DNA of 29,510 nucleotides, taken from positions 1-29,510 of the forward strand of contig CAZQUK010000004.1 in assembly GCA_964596435.1 (NCBI GenBank), in the 5' to 3' direction. A model generated the notes under the pieces. It was not told the DNA's origin. It did no database searches and saw only the letters and a list, made by a program, of their open reading frames with translations. Made by a program: the position numbers and the translations under genes. Source of the DNA: an uncultured Oligoflexia bacterium. GTDB taxonomy: Bacteria > Bdellovibrionota > UBA1018 > CAZQUK01. Positions 16,722-24,776 of this stretch are shown piece after piece (positions within the stretch are counted from its first letter, which is position 1; the number at the start of each line of letters is the position of its first letter).

Positions 16722-17852
16722 ATGGCACATGCCTACACACCTGGTTTAAGAGTAGCTGAAAAAACCAAGATAAAAAAATGCAGAATATTACCGCTTAAGG
16801 GCAATGTAATAAAAAAAGTTGGTGACGTGGTACTGCGCAATGATGTGGTTGCAAGAACAGAACTTCCCGGCGGAATTTCCACAATGAACGTTGTGAATAT
16901 GCTGGGTATTGTACCAAATGAGATTGATAACTTTATGCTTAAAAAGGTTGGTGAAAAAATTGAAAAAGATGAGGTTATTGCGGAAACCAAATCATTTATA
17001 AAATTTCTGCGCGCAAGGGTACAATCATCAATAACCGGGACAATTGAAGCAATCTCCCCGGTAACCGGGCAAGTACTGCTTCGCGAACCACCACTTCCGG
17101 TTGAGGTAATGGCCTACATTAACGGAAAAGTTGTTGAAGTTATAGATGGCGAGGGTGTGGAAATTGAAACAGAGGCAACTTTTATACAGGGAATTTTTGG
17201 TGTTGGTGGTGAGGTATGGGGATCAATGAAGTTTGCAGTTTCCGGCCCTGATGAGCGCTTAACTTTGGATAAATTAAAACCAGAGTTTAAGGATTCAATT
17301 GTAGTGGGTGGTTCTTTTGCTGGATTTGATGTTATAAAAAAAGCAATAGCTCTTGGAGTACGTGGCTTGATTGTATCTGGTATTCATGATGAAGATTTAA
17401 GAAAAATCCTTGGCTACGATCTAGGTGTTGCCATAACAGGTACAGAAAATATCGGATTAACACTTGTTTTAACCGAAGGGTTTGGCGAAATTACAATGGC
17501 CGAAAGGACCTACCGGACACTTAAGTCCAGAGAAGGAAGTGTTGCGTCGATTTCCGGTGCTACGCAAATCAGAGCTGGTGTGATACGGCCCGAAATAATT
17601 ATTCCATTCGATGAGGGTAAAGTACAAAAGCAGGAAAAAGATCAAAGCAAACAGCCCCATAGTATGCAAATTGGTGATCAGATTAGAGTTATTCGCGATC
17701 CTTATTTTGGAATAATTGGTAAAGTACATGCCCTGCCGTCTGAACTTAGAAAAATTGAATCAGAAACGCGGGCCAGGATTTTAGAAGTGGAATTTCCTGA
17801 CGGAAAGATTGCCGTTATTCCACGCGCAAATATAGAACTTATTGAAGAATAA
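16722..17852 (+). CDS. Conserved hypothetical partner of the GlmL-like protein: barrel-sandwich hybrid repeats, central alpha/beta domain, C-terminal KOW/SH3-like domain
   Basis: GGAGG RBS at 16709-16713 favours ATG 16722. KKVGEKIEKDEVIAE...QSSITGTIEAI resembles RnfC_N/NqrA_N; MQIGDQIRVIRDPYFGIIGKV is KOW-like. Confidence 0.8.
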   Translation: MAHAYTPGLRVAEKTKIKKCRILPLKGNVIKKVGDVVLRNDVVARTELPGGISTMNVVNMLGIVPNEIDNFMLKKVGEKIEKDEVIAETKSFIKFLRARVQSSITGTIEAISPVTGQVLLREPPLPVEVMAYINGKVVEVIDGEGVEIETEATFIQGIFGVGGEVWGSMKFAVSGPDERLTLDKLKPEFKDSIVVGGSFAGFDVIKKAIALGVRGLIVSGIHDEDLRKILGYDLGVAITGTENIGLTLVLTEGFGEITMAERTYRTLKSREGSVASISGATQIRAGVIRPEIIIPFDEGKVQKQEKDQSKQPHSMQIGDQIRVIRDPYFGIIGKVHALPSELRKIESETRARILEVEFPDGKIAVIPRANIELIEE

Positions 17853-17876
17853 GATCACAAATACAGTGTTTATATA

Positions 17877-18806
17877 GTGCAAAACAAAATAATATTTGAA
17901 ATAAAAAATAATTTAAGATTTTTATTATCTATAGTGCTTGTGGTTCTTTATCCGCTTTTTATAGCACTTATACAAATTGATTTTCGTGGTCTTGAGCATG
18001 CGCTGGTGCTTGCGTTTTTTTTAAGTGTACTAACATGTTTATGGCTTGTGTTTTCAGAAGTGGGGATTTTAAGAGTACTGGTGTCCATTGGTTTGGCACT
18101 TCTAGTTGTTTTTAATTATGATGCTACAGGTGCTTTAATCTCAAACTTAAAACTTGAGCACCTTGATTTGATTCTGGCAGATGTCGACAGAACGCTTTGG
18201 GGGTGGCTTTTCGCAAAAGGACAGATTTCATTTTGGTTAGATGGAAATTCCTGGTTGAATCCAAGCACTATGCCTGGAAAAATTCTTACAGAGATTTTTC
18301 AAATTGCTTATAGTAGCTATTATTTTTGGAGCCTGGGGTTGGTTTTTGCTCTTTGTGCGAAAACCTTATTTGGAGCAAAAAAGCAGGAAAGTTGGTCTGC
18401 GCTTAAACTTGTAATGAGTAGTTATTCCGTGGCTTATATTTTTAACTATATCGGATATATTTTGGTTCCTGCAGTTGGGCCAAGGCTAGTTTTTGAAAAT
18501 TATTACAAACATGCGCTTCAGGGTCTTTGGTTAACAATACCATTTAGAGAAATTATTATGAATAACCAAAGTACACTTGAGGATTGCTTTCCAAGCGGGC
18601 ACACGGCCATTAGCTGGTTAACTGCTATTATGTTTTTGCGTTTTTTTCCAAAAGTGGGCCGCATTGCGGTCGTTGCCGCAATTTTAATTACAATGGCAAC
18701 TTTGTATTTAAGGTATCACTACATTGTTGATTTAATCGCAGCCCTACCTTTAATTGTTCTGGCACTTTTGTGGGGTTTTGTGAAGGTGCCACAAATGGAT
18801 GAATAG
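17877..18806 (+). CDS. PAP2-superfamily membrane phosphatase/phosphotransferase (AUR1/IPT1-like subfamily)
   Basis: Multi-TM protein with PAVGPR, DCFPSGHT and YLRYHYIVD motifs. Confidence 0.85.
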   Translation: MQNKIIFEIKNNLRFLLSIVLVVLYPLFIALIQIDFRGLEHALVLAFFLSVLTCLWLVFSEVGILRVLVSIGLALLVVFNYDATGALISNLKLEHLDLILADVDRTLWGWLFAKGQISFWLDGNSWLNPSTMPGKILTEIFQIAYSSYYFWSLGLVFALCAKTLFGAKKQESWSALKLVMSSYSVAYIFNYIGYILVPAVGPRLVFENYYKHALQGLWLTIPFREIIMNNQSTLEDCFPSGHTAISWLTAIMFLRFFPKVGRIAVVAAILITMATLYLRYHYIVDLIAALPLIVLALLWGFVKVPQMDE

Positions 18807-18822
18807 TATTTGTTTTAGATCA

Positions 18823-19581
18823 TTACAAAAAAGTATCAATAAAAACTTTTGCGTCTTTTGGAATATTGTTTTGAAAATTTTGTGTAGTCCAGACAAAAAA
18901 TTGTTTAATTTCCTGTGTCTGTTGTGAATTTGGCTTTGTGTTAAGAATGTCAGCGCCTTGAATGTGATATGGGCTGAAATCATCATTTGTTAAATATATT
19001 TCAAGGAATTTTCGTTTTGCATTGCTTCTGATAACAAACTCATCGGTTGAAAATTCGAAATTGCATATATGGCCGTCAGCGTTTTTGCCTTTTGTATACC
19101 AGGTAATCAGTTTTGTATTATTATCACTTATATAAACCTCTTTTTTAAATCCGGCGTCGTCTTGATTAAAAAGTTTAGAAGAAAGTTTTTTTAGTGAAGA
19201 GCCTGTGATCACAGGCATTAATGTTTGAATGTAGTCTTTTTTAATGAGCCAGCTTGGAAAATATATATCAAACCCAATATCTGAAGATTTATCTTTTTTT
19301 CTTATATGTGCGCATCTGGCCTTTAAATGCAAATTATATTGTTGTAACTGCAAGGTTAAATTGGCAATAGATTCTTTGCCAAGCTCTTTTGGGTCTTTTA
19401 CATTTAACCTTAAGCCACCAATAGAAAAATCAAGTACTGAGCAGGAGTAGTTTGCGTTATTGGCAATTAGTGAAACGTTAAGCGGGTAAGTATTACATGG
19501 TTTGTAACGTATTGATTTGCGCCTCTCAAGGCTCTTGATTTCCGATTTTTCAAAATTTAGTATTTTTTTAAATAGTCCCAT
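18823..19581 (-). CDS. PilZ domain protein (c-di-GMP receptor candidate)
   Basis: RRKSIR (RxxxR) and DFSIGG (DxSxxG) motifs, followed by an uncharacterised C-terminal domain. Confidence 0.85.
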   Translation of the reverse strand: MGLFKKILNFEKSEIKSLERRKSIRYKPCNTYPLNVSLIANNANYSCSVLDFSIGGLRLNVKDPKELGKESIANLTLQLQQYNLHLKARCAHIRKKDKSSDIGFDIYFPSWLIKKDYIQTLMPVITGSSLKKLSSKLFNQDDAGFKKEVYISDNNTKLITWYTKGKNADGHICNFEFSTDEFVIRSNAKRKFLEIYLTNDDFSPYHIQGADILNTKPNSQQTQEIKQFFVWTTQNFQNNIPKDAKVFIDTFL

Positions 19582-19587
19582 TTATTA

Positions 19588-19615
19588 ATTTTAACAAAAG
19601 CTATAGGTTCTTGAA
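19588..19615 (-). promoter_or_regulatory. Possible promoter giving a leaderless PilZ mRNA
   Basis: Minus strand TTCAAG-N16-TAAAAT with extended TG; the -10 box ends 6 nt before the ATG; no SD sequence. Confidence 0.3.
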
Positions 19616-19761
19616 ACTAATTACAGTAAAAAAACATCAAAAATACTAAGCAAATTGTTATTAATTCGAATCAAATGACGCGTTAAATAAATCGAGTTGA
19701 GTTTTAGCACACTGCATCTTGTGCGCATTGGTGTGGTATATAATAGTGTGTATTAATACAG

Positions 19762-20571
19762 TTAAAAATTAATTTCCCCACAACTTATAAGCCGAGCTTT
19801 TCCTGAAAGATAGGCAGCTGCTTTTGGGCCTTCCCATTCAACTATAACTTTGCCACCGGGTTGAATAACTGTGACCGGCGAAATAATATTTTTTATTAAA
19901 ATTGATGCTATGGCACTGGCACAGGCACCTGTGCCGCATGCTTTAGTGAAGCCCACACCTCTTTCCCAGGTTTCAATTGAAATAGAGTTGTTATTTAAAA
20001 CTTTTACAAAATCAATGTTTGTTTTTTTATGAAAGTTTTTGTGGTTTTCAATTATTAGAGTGCACTTTTTAAGGAAATTTGTGTTTGTTTCGTTTTCAAA
20101 AAAAACTGCATGCGGAACACCCGTATTAATAAAAACATAAGCAAATAAATTAGAATTCAGTGCAAGCGTACTTGTGATACTTTGTTTATCGTATTTTGGT
20201 TTTCCAATACCGACGCGTATTGTGTTATCAGATAACATGTCTGATTTTATACGGCCAGAAAGAGTTTCGGTAATAAATTCTTTTTTTCCTTCTACAAACT
20301 GACTAAGGTAAAGAGTGGATGCAATAATTCCATTTCCACACATTTCTGCAATTGTTCCATCGGCATTAATAATACCAAGTTTAGCGTTTGAGCCTTTGGT
20401 CTTTGGTTTTTGAAGAATTAATATCTGGTCTGCACCAACGCCATCTGTTTTGTTACAAATTGATTTTGTTACTATGGGATCAATTTTGAACGAATTTGCA
20501 AAATAAGTATTGTCAATCAAAATGAATTCGTTGCCATAAACATCAAGTTTTGTGTATTTAAGTAAAGCCAT
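19762..20571 (-). CDS. dapF: Diaminopimelate epimerase
   Basis: GNEF, GADQIL, NADGTIAEMCGNG, TGVPH and TWERGVGFTKACGTGA; both catalytic Cys present; N-terminus divergent. Confidence 0.88.
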   Translation of the reverse strand: MALLKYTKLDVYGNEFILIDNTYFANSFKIDPIVTKSICNKTDGVGADQILILQKPKTKGSNAKLGIINADGTIAEMCGNGIIASTLYLSQFVEGKKEFITETLSGRIKSDMLSDNTIRVGIGKPKYDKQSITSTLALNSNLFAYVFINTGVPHAVFFENETNTNFLKKCTLIIENHKNFHKKTNIDFVKVLNNNSISIETWERGVGFTKACGTGACASAIASILIKNIISPVTVIQPGGKVIVEWEGPKAAAYLSGKARLISCGEINF

Positions 20572-20589
20572 GAAAATCCACTTATATCC

Positions 20590-20868
20590 TTAATTTTCCA
20601 GTTCTTCAATTTTATTCAGCAGGTAGTCAACATACCTTTTGTCTTCCATGGCTTCTCTGAATGCTTGCAGTTTTTCCCCACTTATTAAAATAGTTAAAAA
20701 TGGTTCAAAAAAAAGCATGGATTGGCTGCCTAAATAATGAAGTGGCCTTGTGCTTTCTAAAAACATTACCGCAATAACAGATAAGCCTTTTTTTACGATA
20801 AAACCGGCAATTTTATCTAATATTTCAGTTTTTTTTGTATCAAGTATGTCGCACTCGGGGTTATTCAT
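20590..20868 (-). CDS. Small conserved hypothetical protein of the DUF6754-like operon
   Basis: 92 aa; FLESTRPLHYLGSQSMLFFEPF motif; overlaps upstream gene by 8 nt. Confidence 0.75.
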   Translation of the reverse strand: MNNPECDILDTKKTEILDKIAGFIVKKGLSVIAVMFLESTRPLHYLGSQSMLFFEPFLTILISGEKLQAFREAMEDKRYVDYLLNKIEELEN

Positions 20869-21265
20869 TTTTGGTCCTTGCTATTAAAAAATCATGGATT
20901 TCATTTTTAAGATTACTATTAAATATATATATGTATTCGCAAGCTTTATTGGATTTTTTAATAGGTAATATGCCGTCACTTCCAAGAGTGAAAAGCTTGT
21001 AATCAGAGTAATAAAAACATTTTTCTGTTAATAATATTTTTATTAAATAACGATCTTCAAAAAACAAATAGCGAGAAGGAACTAAAAAGTTGACAACGGG
21101 CATGGCCATCACTAAAAGTGCAATAATTGATAAAATAATTGAACCCAAAAGATATTGTGCAAGAAATGTAACAAATAAAATAACCAAAACCGAAAAAACA
21201 CCTTTTTTCCAGTAATGAGTTAAAGGAAAAGAGCTTACTTCGTAAAGTGGCACATCATCCGGCAT
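20861..21265 (-). CDS. Small 2-TM protein with C-terminal beta-rich (PH-like) soluble domain
   Basis: Two hydrophobic helices then FLVPSRYLFFEDRYLIK; coupled to neighbours; very AT-rich. Confidence 0.65.
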   Translation of the reverse strand: MPDDVPLYEVSSFPLTHYWKKGVFSVLVILFVTFLAQYLLGSIILSIIALLVMAMPVVNFLVPSRYLFFEDRYLIKILLTEKCFYYSDYKLFTLGSDGILPIKKSNKACEYIYIFNSNLKNEIHDFLIARTKNE

Positions 21266-21283
21266 ATATTATATAGTTTTGTA

Positions 21284-21898
21284 TTAAGTAATAACACCAA
21301 GCCAGTCTTTTAATAAATACAACACCCTTCCAATTAAAAGTGAAATACGCGCCATGACTGTATAACCAAAGCTTGCACCAAAACTAATCATCAGAAGTGT
21401 TGATCCAAACTTTGTAAAATGGCCAATAACGCCTTTATGCGGTATTGAAAAATAAAAATACAAAAGACAGGCAAATGTTCCTACCAAAATAATTAAGCTG
21501 CTTAAAATGCTAAACCAGCCTCCACCAAGTGGAACGTTTACTGTTGCTTGCACCTGCGTAAGTAAATAAGTATCAATCATGGTAGGGATGCCATAACCAC
21601 TAAAACCCACAAGAAAAGCAAGTGGCCAGAAGCTTATCCAACCAAGTTTGCTTGAAAACCTAAAGAGCATTAAAATTGCTAAAATCGCCGGAATAATAAC
21701 ACTATACTCGCCCTTCGTTAAGGGTTCAAAAAGTTTTGGTAGTAGAACCTCGTTCCATGTTAAGCAAATCAAGTAACCGACAGAAATACCAATAAAGATA
21801 TGTTCCGCAAGTCTATAAAGAGGGTTTTCTTTCCAAAGGTATGTAAAAATTGCGATAGTTAATATTGCGCCTATCCAAATCCAGGGATCTGTACTCAT
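21284..21898 (-). CDS. Uncharacterised ~6-TM membrane protein with internal repeat
   Basis: 204 aa hydrophobic; KENPLYRLAEHIFIGISVGY and MISFGASFGYTVMARISLLIGR motifs; 1-nt gap to upstream gene. Confidence 0.85.
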   Translation of the reverse strand: MSTDPWIWIGAILTIAIFTYLWKENPLYRLAEHIFIGISVGYLICLTWNEVLLPKLFEPLTKGEYSVIIPAILAILMLFRFSSKLGWISFWPLAFLVGFSGYGIPTMIDTYLLTQVQATVNVPLGGGWFSILSSLIILVGTFACLLYFYFSIPHKGVIGHFTKFGSTLLMISFGASFGYTVMARISLLIGRVLYLLKDWLGVIT

Positions 21899-21899
21899 G

Positions 21900-22760
21900 T
21901 TAGAACCCCTTTCTTTCTGTTGCTTCTATATGCCTACGTATATAAAAAAGGATGTTTCCAATGACTATAAAAATAATAATTATAATGTGGCCCCAGTTTT
22001 GAGAGGCCATGCCTCGCATTGCGTTTCCAATAAAACCAGTTAAATATTCATATTCCGCGGCAGCTTTCATGCCCGCAAGAAGCCCCTTCATTTGTCCGGC
22101 CTGAAGATATGGAAAATATTCTGTTGCAGATACTGCTGTAACACCCGCAACGTAGTTAAATTTATATTTGTTAACACCATAAAGTATATATGCTTGCGCA
22201 AGTTTTGTTCCGGTAATGCATATTACAACATGAAAATCATCATAGTTTTGAATACCCTTAAGGACAGGAATATCTGCAATTGGGATCCCCCTAAAATCTT
22301 TGGGGTAGGATAATCTTAGGTCGTCCCCGAGGTTAAGTAGAACTATGTCGTATTGTGGTAGGTAGCCCAGAAAAACATAATCCTGGCCGTTAACTTTACC
22401 AAATTCTTTGGCCATATCATCCATAATGGTTGCGGCCAGAGCGGTACCGTTTGGTAAAAAAGTAAGCCCCACAACCTTTACGTTTTGCGAAAACGCTTGC
22501 CTTAACATAGCTTTTGCCATTGGTTGAAGTTCGGCTAGTGTTGAAGGGTCAAAATCAAAACCAATTAATATAGGTTTCCTTTTTTTTGCGGCCTCTTCAA
22601 CAAGTTCATAAGCTGTTTTTACCCACTTGGTTGATTTTATACTTACAACAGGTTTTAGAAAGAAAGGCAGACTAACTGCCAGGAACATGAAAATATAAAC
22701 AACCCTTCTGTCTAGGTTGATTATTTTGGTAACCAAAGAATTTGTTTTTTTATTATCCAT
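21900..22760 (-). CDS. Uncharacterised protein: TM, alpha/beta domain, TM (apparent paralog of the DUF6754-like domain)
   Basis: 286 aa; FDFDPSTLAELQPM, YVFLGY and GLLAGMKAAAEYE motifs; terminal hydrophobic helices. Confidence 0.85.
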   Translation of the reverse strand: MDNKKTNSLVTKIINLDRRVVYIFMFLAVSLPFFLKPVVSIKSTKWVKTAYELVEEAAKKRKPILIGFDFDPSTLAELQPMAKAMLRQAFSQNVKVVGLTFLPNGTALAATIMDDMAKEFGKVNGQDYVFLGYLPQYDIVLLNLGDDLRLSYPKDFRGIPIADIPVLKGIQNYDDFHVVICITGTKLAQAYILYGVNKYKFNYVAGVTAVSATEYFPYLQAGQMKGLLAGMKAAAEYEYLTGFIGNAMRGMASQNWGHIIIIIFIVIGNILFYIRRHIEATERKGF

Positions 22761-22782
22761 ATACTTTGCCTTTTTGACCTAA

Positions 22783-23418
22783 TTATTTTCCAACACCACT
22801 GAAAACTGATTTATCAATTCCAAGAATAATTTTAAGTGCCGTTGCAACCGATCCTATTGCAATACCAATAAGGATGGCTCGTTGTGCGGCAACATTAGGA
22901 TAGTCCATTATCCAAGCCGAAAATTTAGGAATCAAAGGTGATATAGTTTCTCCGAAAGGAACCTGTGCAAGCATTACGGTAATTGCAGCAAACAAGAGTA
23001 AACCTGCGGAGAAAGATTTTAACCTAAAACTTCTAAATGCGGCAGATGCGATATAAAAAGCCAGAAGTGAGAACATTGTGGATTCAAGTGGTGCCATAAC
23101 GTTCATAAAAATATCATTAAAAAGTGTTCCGGGGTTCATGCCTGTAATAAAACCAACTATTGTCATTATGGCCATAGAAATAATTGTGATTAAGCAGTAA
23201 AACCTATTTGGGTCAGCTTTGTTCATGGCTTTTTTGTAATAGGTTTTAATCATACTTATTACACCAACAGCCATTGCACCACCACCGATGATGATTAACC
23301 AATCGGAATATGTTATCCATAAAAAGTTCATGGATTTGTGTGGAACAAAATAAGCAGCAAAAGTAAAAATACCTACCACTAAGGTTATTAAAAAAGGTAC
23401 CGTCTTTTTAAAAAACAT
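22783..23418 (-). CDS. Uncharacterised ~6-TM membrane protein
   Basis: 211 aa hydrophobic; PLESTMFSLLAFYIASAAFRSFR and PNVAAQRAILIG motifs; TAATG stop/start overlap with upstream gene. Confidence 0.85.
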   Translation of the reverse strand: MFFKKTVPFLITLVVGIFTFAAYFVPHKSMNFLWITYSDWLIIIGGGAMAVGVISMIKTYYKKAMNKADPNRFYCLITIISMAIMTIVGFITGMNPGTLFNDIFMNVMAPLESTMFSLLAFYIASAAFRSFRLKSFSAGLLLFAAITVMLAQVPFGETISPLIPKFSAWIMDYPNVAAQRAILIGIAIGSVATALKIILGIDKSVFSGVGK

Positions 23419-24593
23419 TAATTAGCTCCTCCAGTTAAAAATGTATCCATACCTTCTACACCAAAAAGTTTAAGCAAGAAGCAAATAAGCAGCGCAATCA
23501 TGACCACAAGTTTTACGTAGTCTTGCCCCTTTAAGCCACCAAGCAGGCTTTTATCATCTCCCATGTAGGCTCCAGCAGCGTATAACTCCTCACCAATAAG
23601 TGTGTAGTCGCATGCAACAATAAAAAATGGTATTTGACTCACAGAATCGGTTCCTGCAATTTGTATTGCGCCTGTCATTGCACCAGATTCTGCCAAAATA
23701 AGACTTTCAGCCATAAACCAGCCAAGAAAAAAGTTTGCAGCTGGTTTTTCTCTGGCCATAAGACCCGCAACACCTGAAGCATATGCAAACTGACGGCTTG
23801 TTAGATAATATACATCATCTGCTCTATAAGCGTCAGGACGCCCCATTTTTAGGTATGAGTTTTTAACAACTTCATCAACTACTGAATAAACAATTGGGTC
23901 AAAATTTGGGATAATCATGCGTGAATTATATTCAGCAATTGTTTCAGAAACTTTTGATAAAATTGAAATTGAAGCCAGTGTTGCAATATCCGTAATTGTA
24001 CTTATTCCTGGTACAAAAATGCATGGCTTTCCCATTTCTGTTGCACGTCCAACGGCCTCCTCAATTGCTTTAACTCCGGGCAGTGGGCGGATATATAGTT
24101 TTCGTCCTGTTTTTGCTATCTGTATAAACACTAGGATTATAAACATAGAGATAAACGAAAAGACTAAAGTGAAAATTTTTGTGGAATTGAACCACTGTGG
24201 TTTGGAAACAAAAGGACCAAACTGGTTTGTCTCAAAGATTGTTTTTTCGTTTTCATCCTTAAACACAAGTTTGTAAAAGTATGGAGTTTTGTCTATTACG
24301 TCATTTTTATCTGTGTATTTATTATTTGAAATGTCGAGTCTTTTAATTTCAAGAAATTTAGTGTCGGCCGTGGTTTTGCGGAACACAAAAATATTCAGAC
24401 TTTTTTCTATTATGCTCTGATCTTCAATGTTCCATGAAATATCAATCGAAGCACCCTTGTCGTTTGGTGTGTCTTTTCCTTCAAGAGTGATTTTAGTATC
24501 CGCTCTTGAGAAAACAGAAAACAAGATCAAAAAAACCACGCCTATTAAATTAACAACTCGAAATTTATGGGATTTTTTCATGATGAAAACCAT
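23418..24593 (-). CDS. Signal peptide, Fn3-like domain, TM, DUF6754-like domain, TM
   Basis: DTPNDKGASIDISW...YFYKL (Fn3-like); IRPLPGVKAIEEAVGRATEMG and LIGEELYAAGAY. DUF number is from recall. Alternative start ATG 24581. Confidence 0.82.
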   Translation of the reverse strand: MVFIMKKSHKFRVVNLIGVVFLILFSVFSRADTKITLEGKDTPNDKGASIDISWNIEDQSIIEKSLNIFVFRKTTADTKFLEIKRLDISNNKYTDKNDVIDKTPYFYKLVFKDENEKTIFETNQFGPFVSKPQWFNSTKIFTLVFSFISMFIILVFIQIAKTGRKLYIRPLPGVKAIEEAVGRATEMGKPCIFVPGISTITDIATLASISILSKVSETIAEYNSRMIIPNFDPIVYSVVDEVVKNSYLKMGRPDAYRADDVYYLTSRQFAYASGVAGLMAREKPAANFFLGWFMAESLILAESGAMTGAIQIAGTDSVSQIPFFIVACDYTLIGEELYAAGAYMGDDKSLLGGLKGQDYVKLVVMIALLICFLLKLFGVEGMDTFLTGGAN

Positions 24594-24776
24594 ATCAGAT
24601 TATTTTTGTGGGTCAACAAAAAGGTACTTAAATGGTGTGTTATCGCGCACCGCGAAGACTATTAAAAACGGAGAATCACGCGCTGGGCCAATGTGCGCTG
24701 TATTAGGTGAAAACTTATTTATAACGATCCAGTGTCGCCCTATATGAAAATTATTACTTAAGACATTTTACAAATT

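Noticed and set aside
16930-17060. Biotinyl/lipoyl attachment site in the partner protein
   Set aside because: The fold pattern is similar but there is no MKM or DKA motif at the hairpin (ETKSFIKFL).
19739-19760. Plus-strand TATAAT and 12-bp palindrome TGTATTAATACA after dapF
   Set aside because: No -35 at proper spacing; AT-only palindromes are common in this genome; no U-tract or GC stem for a terminator.
21284-23418. The two ~205-aa membrane proteins as RnfA/RnfE or NqrD/NqrE homologs
   Set aside because: Size and TM count match, but I see none of the Rnf/Nqr signatures (e.g. LGxCP, NC) or any flavin/FeS subunits.
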